Shown here piece after piece: positions 1-12,300 of a stretch of DNA of 64,000 bases (its first letter is position 1; each line of letters starts with the position of its first letter). The stretch is from the NCBI RefSeq assembly GCF_032444005.1, contig NC_091283.1:270878001-270942000 (forward strand), given 5' to 3'. Both the position numbers and the translations under genes were made by a program. Source of the stretch: Ranitomeya imitator (Eukaryota). Under the pieces are notes generated by a model. The model made no database searches, was not told where the DNA came from, and saw only the letters and a program-made list of their open reading frames with translations.

Positions 1-1
1 T

Positions 2-597
2 GAGACGATCTCAAAAATTATCCCAAAAAAACCTTCTATCTCATTTCGTCGTGGGAAAAATTTGCGTGATCGCCTCGTACGAAGTCATTATGAGAGTACA
101 TCTCCCCATACATTCCTTGATGATGTCCCGGTTAGAAGAGGTTGTAGGCCCTGTGGGCACTGTGTCGCCTGTAGTAATATTGAACGTAGTAATTCTTTTG
201 TCGATTCCTCGGGATGTAAGAAGTATGATATCGTTAAGTCAATTACATGCGAATCGAGTAATGTCATCTACTATGCCACGTGTCCGTGCTCCCTGATTTA
301 TGTTGGCCTTACCACACGCCAGCTTAAGGTGAGAGTCAGGGAGCACGTGCGTGGCATTGAGGCGGCAAGAGAACAAGACGACATGTTGCTCTTAAACACA
401 ATTCCGAAACACTAAGTTACATCACGGCTGTAATAGTAGGGGATTTCGAGTAAAGGGCATTGACTATCGACCTGGGCATCCGAGGGGGGAATATTTCTCA
501 GCGCCTCTCTCAGTTGGAAACTCGATGGATCTGGACACTTGGTACTGTCCATCCCCGTGGCCTTAATGAGTATTTTAACTTCTCGTCCTTTCTGTGA
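2..597 (+). pseudogene. Disrupted GIY-YIG endonuclease domain of the Penelope-like element
   Basis: The GIY-YIG motif appears as VIY...YVG, with REH and ETRWI..L.T..P.GLN. There is a stop at 413-415 and frameshifts near 415 and 490. Confidence 0.85.
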
Positions 598-1635
598 TTC
601 CCCTTCTGCTGCACATGTGTGCGGGACACTCTTTGTTTTATTATTGTTTTTAACCATTTTTTGTATTTTACTAACATTTATATGTATATTTATATTTATA
701 TTTAGGTCTTGTTGTGCGTTTTTTCGTATTGGTGGTGTTACGTGCTGATGTGGACAATTGGATGGGTCTACTCCCTGGTTTGGGGTTTTCTACACCGGTG
801 GCAGTGTGTTCTGAAGATACTTGGACTCTATCATCAACAGCTTTTATGCAGCAGAATGGATATCATGGACTGATTGATACGATATTTGATTTCACAAGTT
901 GCCACTGCATATATATATATGATTTATTATCCTGTTATTATTGCAGTTACTATGTGTTCTACATATTTGATCTGTACAGTATCATTGTATATAGTTGTAT
1001 TTGTATAATTTGTATATTTGGTATTTGTGTGTTTTAGTTATACACATTTCCATGGTATTTGTTTTCAGTATTGTTTTTGTTTTTTGTCTGTAGGGTTTAT
1101 TTATACTTTTTATATGCCCCTTTTGTTTTCATACCCATTTGTTTTTGTTCTTTTCTGTTTCTTATCCCTTTTTTTCTATTTGCCGTCTTATGCTGCTTTT
1201 CGTGCACTTTCCCTATTCCAAGATGGAGGTTGTGTACATTGCATGCGTTTGCGCATGCGCGGCTATGTTTCTGTGTGTCTCGTCGCTATGGTTGCGCCGC
1301 AACGCGTCTGTTGCTGGGGGACACAGGGCCCTGTGTCCGCCCGGTGTACGGCGCTGTGCGGCGTACCCGCTGGCGTCGGGGTAGCGGTAACATCGCCGCT
1401 TGATTTTGCTCCACTTGTCTATATGGGGAATTGGTTGCCTAGTGACTACTTGTCACTTCCGGTTGCGGCGGTTTCCAGTTTCCGGTTTTCGTCTCTATTC
1501 TGTTTAATAGGGTATAGGTTACTCAGTAACCATTTGTCACTTCCGGTTACGGCGTTGTGCTCATTTCCGGTCCTGACGGCTTTGCACTTCCGGTTTAGCA
1601 GCTATATAATCGCACATCTGACCCCTGAGTATATG

Positions 1636-1676
1636 TCCCCCTGAGGAAGGTTTATCGCCGAAACGTGCGTTGGGGA
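1636..1676 (+). ncRNA. Minimal type I hammerhead ribozyme (PLE type)
   Basis: tcccc-CTGAGGA-a-gg-tttatcg-cc-GAAA-cgtgcg-TT-gggga. Stem I is tcccc/gggga, the core is CUGANGA...GAAA, and stem III is near-palindromic. Confidence 0.75.
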
Positions 1677-2361
1677 GGGCGCACGGACCCTGGATCTGGT
1701 CCACTCTTTTGCCCTGTTCTTTAGGTAAGGTATAATCATGATACTTATAATATTGGGCTCTTTTTAGTATCCATGTACGTTGATGGTGGTACTTATATTT
1801 TATAACATAGTGGTAATGATTTCTCAATCCACCTGGTATTGGTTATGAGTGGACTTTGACCCCGGCTCCGTGCACTCTGTTTATGCTCTTTTCAGTGGTG
1901 TCCCTGTGCACCCTGTGGTGCTGAGCCACATCTGTTCTGTTGTTTATATGTATACATTTTGTCTTTTATACAATAAAGTTGATATTTATATAGTTACATT
2001 GGGTTTCTGATCGTTTTTGGGGTCTTTGTTGATCCATATTTTGGTTGGTCTGTAGTTGGTAGCGATTTACCCTTTAATATATATATATAGATATTAGTCC
2101 CTATGGCATGGCATTTTCATTAATATCTTTCTGATTATATTATTTTGCTATGCATATTCTTGTCGTGTGCTTGTTTTCTCATAGGTGGTAACCGCAGCTC
2201 TCGATGTGACTGGAGCATAGGTGGTACCCGCAGCTCTTGGTTCGGTGTCTGCGGAGCACACAGTGCATTAATGGGATCTCAACCGTGTGAGTGCAGCTCT
2301 GGATGTGACTAGAGTGGAAGACGATACAACAGACAATATACAGGTAAATTATGACTCGTAC

Positions 2362-2436
2362 CTGTGACGGGGGCGGTCTCTTCCCCCTCAGAGCCCCCGC
2401 TGACCCCTTCGCCAGATTCGGGTACTTCATTCTCAT
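2362..2436 (-). CDS. Linker exon of Tc1-HTH paralog B (DENEVPESGEGVSGGSEGEETAPVT)
   Basis: Acceptor atctttatatctag|at, donor acag|gtacga. 75 nt, phase 1-1. It mirrors the 66-nt exon at 18421-18486. Confidence 0.65.
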
Positions 2437-2472
2437 CTAGATATAAAGATAAATGTGGGATGAAGCAGCAAG

Positions 2473-3346
2473 ACAGCTCTGTATGTGACCGACGGCAGAA
2501 GTGTGAGCACAGCTCTGTATGTGACCGACAGAAGAAGTGTGAGCGCAGCTCTGTATGTGACCGACGGCAGAAGTGTGAGCGCAGCTGTGTATGTGACCGA
2601 CGGCAGAAGTGTGAGCGCAGCTGTGTATGTGACCGACGGCAGAAGTGTGAGCGCAGCTCTGTATGTGACCGACGGCAGAAGTGTGAGCACAGCTCTGTAT
2701 GTGACCGACGGCAGAAGTGTGAGCACAGCTCTGTATGTGACCGACGGCAGAAGTGTGAGCGCAGCTCTGTATGTGACCGACGGCAGAAGTGTGAGCGCAG
2801 CTGTGTATGTGACCGACGGCAGAAGTGTGAGCGCAGCTGTGTATGTGACCGACGGCAGAAGTGTGAGCGCAGCTGTGTATGTGACCGACGGCAGAAGTGT
2901 GAGCACAGCTCTGTATGTGACCGACGGCAGAAGTGTGAGCATAGCTCTGTATGTGACCGACGGCAGAAGTGTGAGCGCAGCTGTGTATGTGACCGACGGC
3001 AGAAGTGTGAGCGTAGCTGTGTATGTGACCGACGGCAGAAGTGTGAGCGCAGCTGTGTATGCGACCGACGGCAGAAGTGTGAGCGCAGCTGTGTATGTGA
3101 CCGACGGCAGAAGTGTGAGCGCAGCTGTGTATGTGACCGACGGCAGAAGTGTGAGCGCAGCTGTGTATGTGACCGACGGCAGAAATGTGAGCGCAGCTGT
3201 GTATGTGACCGACGGCAGAAGTGTGAGCGCAGCTGTGTATGTGACCGACGGCAGAAGTGTGAGCGCAGCTGTGTATGTGACCGACGGCAGAAGTGCGAGC
3301 ACAGCTGGGTATGAGACCGACGGCAGAAGTGCGAGCGCAGCTCTGT
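2473..3346. repeat. 36-bp minisatellite (gcagctgtgtatgtgaccgacggcagaagtgtgagc), about 24 copies, intronic
   Basis: Visible period; lies between the exons at 2362-2436 and 3427-3649. Confidence 0.95.
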
Positions 3347-3426
3347 GTGTGGACTTTTCCTATCCGCTGTAGGGCTAGTCAGTGATGTGTGTGGCGGGGC
3401 AGCGGCCATCATCCAGTCCTCGTTAC

Positions 3427-3649
3427 CTCTTCTCCGGAGCGTGCAGAGGATGCTGGCGATCTTGGTTGGCCGCCCGCTGCGGGGACGGGAGGAGACGGTG
3501 TTGAAGGTCTTCCACTTGTAGATGATCTGCCGGACGGTGGAGCGGTGAAGCTCGCACACTTTACTGATGGTCTTGTAACCCTTCCCGGCCTCGTGGGCCG
3601 CCACCACCTTCCTCCGCACCTCGTCAGAGATCTCCTTGGACCGGGGCAT
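3427..3649 (-). CDS. Tc1 transposase-derived HTH exon, paralog B
   Basis: MPRSKEISDEVRRKVVAAHEAGKGYKTISKVCELHRSTVRQIIYKWKTFNTVSSRPRSGRPTKIASILCTLRRR, then phase-1 donor agag|gtaacg. An acceptor (ctcccctccag|gaaccATG) lies just upstream. Confidence 0.75.
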
Positions 3650-3744
3650 GGTTCCTGGAGGGGAGCGCTGGAAGGGGGAACAGCTGCACCCAGGAAATCA
3701 GAGCAACTGTCCTCACAACAATTCCATGACCTGAGGAGACAACG

Positions 3745-3935
3745 GTACGAAAAACTAAGTACACCCTCACTGCTTCCATAGGAATGAAGAGTCAGTGTGA
3801 GCACTGCTATAAAAGCAGAAGTTCTGGCAGACTGCTGGCCTGGAGCATTCAGGCGACATCAGCACTGACCTCAGAGAAGCCATCTATAGATAATCTGGAG
3901 TCCATCAGTCCGCAGTGAGAAACATTCAATACGGC
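3745..3935 (+). mobile_element. Decayed Tc1 5' fragment
   Basis: A Tc1-like terminal motif (aaaactaagtacaccctc) is followed by degenerate DISTDLREA...VHQSAVRNIQY coding remnants. Confidence 0.5.
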
Positions 3936-3939
3936 TGGT

Positions 3940-4825
3940 GCGCGGGGCCACAAGAGCGCGGAGCAGGAAGGTGCTCAGGGCCACAAGAGCGCGGAGCAGG
4001 AAGGTGCGCGGGGCCACGAGAGCGAAGCAGGAAGGTGCATGCGGGCCCACAAGAGAGCCGAGCAGGAAGGTGCATGCGGGCCCACAAGAGAGCCGAGCAG
4101 GAAAGTGCACGGGCCCACAAGAGAGCAGAGCAGAAAGGTGTGCAGGGCCACAAGCACAGAGCAGGAAAGTGCACATGTGGACCGCAAGAGAGCGGAGCAG
4201 GAAGGTGCACACAGGGACACGAGAACGGAGTAGGAAGGTGTGCAGGGCCACAAGAGTGGAGCAGGAAGGTGCACATGTGGACCGCAAGAGAGCGGAGCAG
4301 GAAGGTGCACACAGGGACACGAGAGCGGAGCAGGAAGGTGCACGCGGGGACCACAAGAGAGCGGAGCAGGAAGGTGCACACGGGGACACGAGAGCGGAGC
4401 AGGAAGGTGCACGCGGGTACCACAAGAGAGCGGAGCAGGAAGGTGCACACGGGGACCACAAGAGAGCGGAGCAGGAAGGTGCACGCGGGGACCACAAGAG
4501 AGCGGAGCAGGAAGGTGCACGCGGGGACCACAAGAGAGCGGAGCAGGAAGGTGCACACGGGGACACGAGAGCGGAGCAGGAAGGTGAACGCGGGGACCAC
4601 AAGAGAGCGGAGCAGGAAGGTGCAAGCGAGGACCACAAGAGAGCGGAGCAGGAAGGTGCACGCGGGGACCACAAGAGAGCGGAGCAGGAAGGTGCAGGCG
4701 AGGACCAAAATAGAGCGGAGCAGGAAGGTGTGCAGGGGCCACAAGAGAGTGGAGCAGGAAATTGCGCGGGGCCAGCAGAGAGCAGAGCAGGAATTTGCGC
4801 GGGGCCAGCAGAGAGCGGCGCAGTA
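3940..4825. repeat. About 36-bp minisatellite (gagcggagcaggaaggtgcacgcggggaccacaaga)
   Basis: Visible tandem units with 33-37 bp variants. Confidence 0.9.
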
Positions 4826-4955
4826 AGCGCACGGAAAAATAACATAACCAAGAGCAGCTCCCGAGAGCGAGGGGTGGACAGATGTCCAGAGAAGCATCAT
4901 GGCAGATATCACTGTCACAGAAGGCTCCACAGCTCCAGGTCAGGGGTGTACTCAC

Positions 4956-5012
4956 TTCTCGCTCCGCAGCCTCTGCACATAATCCCCCGGAGTGACCCGT
5001 CCTGCTCTTCAT
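4956..5012 (-). other. Candidate upstream exon of Tc1-HTH paralog B (57 nt)
   Basis: Acceptor ttatctccag|atg, donor gagaa|gtgagt. Read phase 1-1 it gives DEEQDGSLRGIMCRGCGAR, in frame with the HTH exon; it could instead be UTR. Confidence 0.35.
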
Positions 5013-5099
5013 CTGGAGATAACTACAACGACCAGAGGTTTATTCCATCCCGATACCTCAGAGGGTGTACTCACTTCTCATAACTGTACAATGCTCAGT

Positions 5100-5305
5100 G
5101 GTCACACGACCTGTGTGTATAGATATATATATGTGTATGATCACAGGACCTGTGTGTATAGATATGTGTATGATCACAGGACCTGTGTGTATAGATATGT
5201 GTATGATCACATGACCTGTGTGTATAGATATATATATATGTGTATGATCACATGACCCGTGTGTATAGATATATATATATATATATATATATGTATGATC
5301 ACATT
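5100..5305. repeat. Short array of about 32-bp units plus (AT)n
   Basis: cacaggacctgtgtgtatagatatgtgtatgat repeated about 5 times. Confidence 0.8.
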
Positions 5306-5339
5306 ACAGAGAATTACACACGCAGCTGTCACTACCACA

Positions 5340-5600
5340 CACAATAACCCTCCTCACAGACCTGTAGAGCGGAGCCGCTCCGGAGGCGGCGGCGGCAGCT
5401 GCATGTGTGGAGACGAGTCCGGGGCTTAATCTGTTCCACAGGAGGCTGCTGGGACATGTAGTGCTCGCTGCGAGCCCACAGTAGCCGCCGCTCACTGCCA
5501 AGGTAAGAAATGACCTGCGGTGACGTCACGGTCACATGACCCTTGTGTGGGCGGGGCTATTACTATTGAATGGAGCGAAGGCTGCCCACGTGATGCAGAG
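5340..5600. promoter_or_regulatory. CpG-rich putative promoter
   Basis: CRE gtgacgtcac (about 5520-5529), E-box gtcacatgac, GC box gggcggggc. Candidate minus donor ctacag|gtctgt near 5361 and plus donor caag|gtaaga at 5503. Confidence 0.5.
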
Positions 5601-5604
5601 AAGC

Positions 5605-8600
5605 ATCTGTGTACAGGGCGGGGCTGTGTACGGACACCAGAGCGGGGGCGGGGCTGTGTACGGACCCAAGAGCGGGGGCGGGGCTGTGTACGGACACGAG
5701 AGCGGGGGGGCGGGGCTGTGTTCTTACACCAGAGCGGGGGCGAGGCTGTGTACGGACACCAGAGCGGGGGCGCGGCTGTGTACGGACACCAGAGCGGGGG
5801 CGCGGCTGTGTACGGACACCAGAGCGGGGGCGGGGCAGTGTACGGACACCAGAGCGGGGGCGGGGCAATGTACGGACACCAGAGCGGGGGCGGGGCTGTG
5901 TACGGACACCAGAGCGGGGGCGGAGCAGTGTACGGACACCAGAGCGGGGGCGGAGCAGTGTACGGACACCAGAGCGGGGGCGGGGCAATGTACGGACACC
6001 AGAGCGGGGGGCGGGGCTGTGTACGGACACCAGAGCGGGGGGCGGGGCTGTGTACAGACACCAGAGCGGGGGCGGGGCAGTGTACGGACACCAGAGCGGG
6101 GGGCGGGGCTGTGTACGGACACCAGAGAGGGGGCGGGGCTGTGTACTTACACCAGAGCGGGGGCCGGGGCTGTGTACGGGCACCAGAGAGGGGGGGGCGA
6201 AGCTGTATACTTACACCAGAGCAGGGGGCGGAGCTGTGTACGGGCACCAGAGCGGGGGGGCGGGGCTGTGTACTTGCACCAGAGCAGGGGGCGGGGCTGT
6301 GTACGGACACCAGAGTGGGGGGCGAGCCTGTGTACGGACACCAGAGTGGGGGGCGGGCCTGTGTACGGACACCAGAGTGGGGGGCGGGCCTGTGTACGGG
6401 CACCAGAGTGGGGGGCGGGGCTGTTTACGGGCACCAGAGCGGGGGCGGGGCTGTGTACTTACACCAGAGCACGGACACCAGAGCGGGGGGCGGGGCTGTG
6501 TACGGACACCAGAGCGGGGGCGGGCTGTGTACGGGCACCAGAGCGGGGGGCGGGGCTGTGTACGGGCACCAGAGAGGAGGCGGGGCTGTGTACGGACACC
6601 AGAGCGGGGGGCGGGGCTGTGTACGGACACCAGAGCGGGGGGCGGGGCTGTGTACAGTCACCAGAGTGGGGGGCGGGCCTGTGTACGGACACCAGAGCGG
6701 GGGGCGGGGTTGTGTACGGACACCAGAGCGGGGGGCGGGACTGTGTACGGGCACCAGAGTGGGGGGCGGGGCTGTTTACGGGCACCAGAGCGGGGGCGGG
6801 GCTGTGTACTTACACCAGAACACGGACACCAGAGCGGGGGGCGGGGCTGTGTACAGACACCAGAGCGGGGGCGGGCTGTGTATGGGCACCAGAGCGGGGG
6901 GCGGGGCTGTGTACGGGCACCAGAGCGGGGGGCGGGGCTGTGTACGGGCACCAGAGAGGAGGCGGGGCTGTGTACGGACACCAGAGCGGGGGGCGGGGCT
7001 GTGTACGGACACCAGAGCGGGGGGCGGGGCTGTGTACGGGCACCAGAGCGGGGGGCGGTGCAGTGTACGGGCACCAGAGCGGGGGCGGGGCAGTGTACGG
7101 ACACCAGAGCGGGGGCGGGGCTGTGTACGGACACCAGAGCGGGGGGCGGGGCTGTGTACGGACACCAGAGCGGGGGGCGGGGCTGTGTACGGGCACCAGA
7201 GAGGAGGTGGGGCTGTGTACGGACACCAGAGCGGGGGGCAGGGCTGTGTTCTTAAACCGAAGCAGGGGGCGGGGCTGTGTATGGACACCAGAGCGGGGGC
7301 GGGGACGTGTACGGACACCAGAGGGGGGGCGTGGCTGTGTACGGACACCAGAGCGGGGCAGTGTACGGACACCAGAGCGGGGGCGGGGCAGTGTACGGAC
7401 ACCAGAACGGGGCTGTGTACGGGCACCAGAGTGGGGGGCGGGGCTGTGTACAGACACCAGAGCGGGGGGCGGGGATGTGTACGGACACCAGAGCGGGGGG
7501 CGGGGCTGTGTACGGACACCAGAGCAGGGGGCGGGGCTGTGTACGGGCACCAGAGCGGGGGGCGGGGCTGTGTACGGGCCCCAGAGCGGGGGGGGGGGGG
7601 GGCCAAAGCTGTGTACTTACACCAGAGCGGGGGGGCGGGGCTGTGTACGGGCACCAGAGCGAGGGCAGGGCTGTGTACGGGCACCAGAGCGGGGGGCGGG
7701 GCTGTGTACGGGCACCAGAGCGGGGGCGGGGCTGTGTACGGGCACCAGAGCGGGGGGCGGGGCTGTGTACGGACACCAGAGCGGGGGGCGGGGCTGTGTA
7801 CGGACACCAGAGCGGGGCTGTGTATGGACACCAGAGCGGGGGCGGGGCTGTGTACTTACACCAGAGCAGGGGGCGTGGCTGTGTACAGGCACCAGAGCGG
7901 GGGCGGGGCTGTGTACGGACACCAGAGCGGGGGCGCGGCTGTGTACAGACACCAGAGCGGGGGGCGTGGCTGTGTACAGACACCAGAGCGGGGGCGGGGC
8001 AGTGTACGGACACCAGAGCGGGGCTGTGTACTTACACCAGAGTGGGGGCGGGTCTGTGTACTTACACCAGAGCGGGGGGCGTGGCTGTGTACAGACACCA
8101 GAGCGGGGGGCGTGGCTGTGTAAGGACACCAGAGCGAGGGGCGGGGCAGTGTACGGACACCAGAGCGGGAGCGGGGCAGTGTACGGACACCAGAGCGGGG
8201 GCGGGGCAGTGAACGGACACCAGAGCGGGGGCGGGGCAGTGTACGGACACCAGAGCGGGGGCGGGGCAGTGTACAGACACCAGAGCGGGGGCAGGGCAGT
8301 GTAGACACCAGAGCGAGGGCGGGGTAGTGTACGGACACCAGAGCGGGGGCGGGGCAGTGTAGACACCAGAGCGAGGGCGGGGTAGTGTACGGACACCAGA
8401 GCGGGGGCGGGGCAGTGTACAAACACCAGAGCGGGGGGCGGGGCTGTGTACGGACACCAGAGCGGGGGGCGGGGCAGTGTACAAACACCAGAGCAGGGGG
8501 CGTGGCTGTGTACAGGCACCAGAGCAGGGGCGGGGCTGTGTACGGACACCAGAGCGGGGGGCGGGGCTGTGTACGGGCACTAGAGCGGGGGGCGGGGCTG

Positions 8601-9280
8601 TGTACAGACACCAGAGCGGGGGGGGGGGGGGCTGTGTACTTACACCAGAGCGGGGGCGGGGCTGTGTACGGACACCAGAGCGGGGGCGCGGCTGTGTACG
8701 GACACCAGAGCGGGGGGCGTGGCTGTGTACGGACACCAGAGCGGGGGCGGGGCAGTGTACGGACACCAGAGCGGGGCTGTGTACTTACACCAGAGTGGGG
8801 GCGGGTCTGTGTACTTACACCAGAGCGGGGGCACAGCTGTGTAAGGACACCAGAGCGAGGGGCGGGGCAGTGTACGGACACCAGAGCGGGAGCGGGGCAG
8901 TGTACGGACACCAGAGCGGGGGCGGGGCAGTGAACGGACACCAGAGCGGGGGCGGGGCAGTGTACGGACACCACAGCGGGGGCGGGGCAGTGTACAGACA
9001 CCAGAGCGGGGGCGGGGCAGTGTAGACACCAGAGCGGGGGCGGGGCAGTGTAGACACCAGAGCGAGGGCGGGGTAGTGTACGGACACCAGAGCGGGGGCG
9101 GGACAGTGTAGACACCAGAGCGAGGGCGGGGTAGTGTACGGACACCAGAGCGGGGGCGGGGCAGTGTACAAACACCACAGGGGAGCTGTGTACTTACACT
9201 AGAGCGGGGGCGGGGCTGCCTACTTACACCAGAGCAGGGGGCAGGGCTGTGTACGGACACCAGAGCGGGGGCGGGGCTCT
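5605..9280. repeat. 30-31-bp G-rich minisatellite (gtgtacggacaccagagcgggggcggggct), about 120 copies
   Basis: Visible period; most units contain GGGGCGGGG. Confidence 0.95.
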
Positions 9281-9360
9281 TGTGTAAGCCTCAACCTAAT
9301 GGGCAGAGGGGCCGGGGAAGAAACCACATCATGTATATGGAGGGGGGGGGGGGGGTAGAA

Positions 9361-12300
9361 TTGTACTGTGGGAACATCATACTGTGTGAGGGGGATGGTA
9401 CTGAGGGGACATCATACCGTGTTTGAGGGGGATTGTACTGAGGGGACATCATACCGTGTGTGAGGGGGATTGTACTGAGGGGACATCATACCGTGTGTGA
9501 GGAGGATTGTACTGAGGGGACATCATACCGTGTGTGAGGAGGATTGTACTGAGGGGACATCATACCATATGTGAGGGGGATTGTACTGAGGGGACATCAC
9601 ACCGTGTGTGAGGGATTGTACTGATGGGACATCATACCGTGTGTGAGGGGGATGGTACTGAGGGGACATCACACCGTGTGTGAGGTATTGTACTGAGGGG
9701 ACATCATACCGTGTGTGAGGGGGATTGTACTGAGGGGACATCATACCGTGTGTGAGGGGGATTGTACTGAGGGGACATCATACCGTGTGTGAGGGGGATT
9801 GTACTGAGGGGACATCATACCGTGTGTGAGGGGGATTGTACTGAGGGGACATCATACCGTGTGTGAGGGGGATTGTACTGAGGGGACATCATACCGTGTG
9901 TGAGGAGGATTGTACTGAGGGGACATCATACCGTGTGTGAAGGGGATTGTACTGAGGGGACATCATACCGTGTGTGAGGGGGATGGTACTGAGGGGACAT
10001 CATACCGTGTGTGAGGGGGATGGTACTGAGGGGACATCATACCGTGTGTGAGGGGGATGGTACTGAGGGGACATCATACCGTGTGTGGGGGGATTGTACT
10101 GAGGGGACATCATACCGTGTGTGAGGGGGATTGTACTGAGGGGACATCATACCGTGTGTGAGGGATTGTACTGAGGGGACATCATACCGTGTGTGAGGGG
10201 GATTGTACTGAGGGGACATCATACCGTGTGTGAGGGGGATTGTACTGAGGGGACATCATACCGTGTGTGAGGGGGATTGTACTGAGGGGACATCATACCG
10301 TGTGTGAGGGGGATTGTACTGAGGGGACATCATACCGTGTGTGAGGGGGATTGTACTGAGGGGACATCATACCGTGTGTGAGGGGGATTGTACTGAGGGG
10401 ACATCATACCGTGTGTGAGGGGGATTGTACTGAGGGGACATCATACCGTGTGTGAGGGGGATGGTACTGAGGGGACATCATACCGTGTGTGAAGGGGATT
10501 GTACTGAGGGGACATCATACCGTGAGGATTGTACTGAGGGGACATCATACCATGTGTGAGGGGGATTGTACTGAGGGGACATCATACCGTGTGTGAGGGG
10601 GATGGTACTGAGGGGACATCATACCGTATGTGAGGGATTGTACTGAGGGGACATCATACCGTATGTGAGGGATTGTACTGAGGGGACATCATACCGTGTG
10701 TGAGGGGGATTGTACTGAGGGGACATCATACCGTGTGTGAGGATTGTACTGAGGGGACATCATACCGTGTGTGAGGGGGATTGTACTGAGGGGACATCAT
10801 ACCGTGTGTGAGGGGGATTGTACTGAGGGGACATCATACCGTGTGTGAGGGGGATGGTACTGAGGGGACATCATACCGTGTGTGAGGGATTGTACTGAGG
10901 GGATATCATACCGTGTGTGAGGGGGATTGTACTGAGGGGACATCATACCGTGTGTGAGGGGGATGGTACTGAGGGGACATCATACCGTATGTGAGGGATT
11001 GTACTGAGGGGACATCATACCGTATGTGAGGGATTGTACTGAGGGGACATCATACCGTGTGTGAGGGGGATTGTACTGAGGGGACATCATACCGTGTGTG
11101 AGGATTGTACTGAGGGGACATCATACCGTGTGTGAGGGGGATTGTACTGAGGGGACATCATACCGTGTGTGAGGGGGATTGTACTGAGGGGACATCATAC
11201 CGTGTGTGAGGGGGATGGTACTGAGGGGACATCATACCGTGTGTGAGGGATTGTACTGAGGGGATATCATACCGTGTGTGAGGGGGATTGTACTGAGGGG
11301 ACATCATACCGTGTGTGAGGAGGATTGTACTGAGGGGACATCATACCGTGTGTGAGGGGGATTGTACTGAGGGGACATCATACCGTGTGTGAGGGGGATT
11401 GTACTGAGGGGACATCATACCGTGTGTGAGGAGGATTGTACTGAGGGGACATCATACCGTGTGTGAGGGGGATTGTACTGAGGGGACATCATACCGTGTG
11501 TGAGGGGGATTGTACTGAGGGGACATCATACCGTGTGTGAGGGGGATTGTACTGAGGGGACATGATACCGTGTGTGAGGGATTGTACTGAGGGGACATCA
11601 TACCGTGTGTGAGGGGGATTGTACTGAGGGGACATCATACCGTGTGTGAGGGGGATTGTACGGAGGGGACATCATACCGTGCGTGAGGGGGATTGTACTG
11701 AGGGGACATCATACCGTGCGTGAGGAGGATTGTACTGAGGGGACATCATACCGTGTGTGAGGGGGATTGTACTGAGGGGACATCATACCGTGTGTGAGGG
11801 GGATTGTACTGAGGGGACATCATACCGTGTGTGAGGGGGATGGTACTGAGGGGACATCATACCGTGTGTGAGGGATTGTACTGAGGGGACATCATACCGT
11901 GTGTGAGGGGGATTGTACTGAGGGGACATCATACCGTGCGTGAGGAGGATTGTACTGAGGGGACATCATACCGTGCGTGAGGGGGATTGTACTGAGGGGA
12001 CATCATACCGTGCGTGAGGGGGATTGTACTGAGGGGACATCATACCGTGTGTGAGGAGGATTGTACTGAGGGGACATCATACCGTGTGTGAGGGGGATTG
12101 TACTGAGGGGACATCATACCGTGTGTGAGGGGGATTGTACTGAGGGGACATCATACCGTGTGTGAGGGGGATGGTACTGAGGGGACATCATACCGTGTGT
12201 GAGGGATTGTACTGAGGGGACATCATACCGTGTGTGAGGGGGATTGTACTGAGGGAACATCATACCGTGTGTGAGGAGGATTGTACTGAGGGGACATCGT

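Larger units (their letters stand above)
1..2040 (+). mobile_element. Penelope-like retroelement, 3' part (GIY-YIG endonuclease, T-rich 3' region, pLTR with hammerhead)
   Basis: Frame +2 reads PSISFRRGKNLRDRLVRSH...CRPCGHC...VIYYATCPCSLIYVGLTTRQLKVRVREH. After frameshifts it continues NISQRLSQLETRWIWTLGTVHPRGLNE to a stop at 595-597. A minimal hammerhead lies at 1636-1676. The right boundary is approximate. Confidence 0.85.

Noticed and set aside
1018-1644. 208-aa hydrophobic ORF
   Set aside because: By-product of the T-rich PLE 3' region.
2309-9260. Long repetitive ORFs (up to 922 aa), including the 446-aa ORF apparently fusing the Tc1 HTH to Cys/His repeats
   Set aside because: These are stop-free frames of minisatellites. 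A consensus donor at 3426 removes the array, so the RSHFCRRSHTQL repeats are not real zinc fingers.
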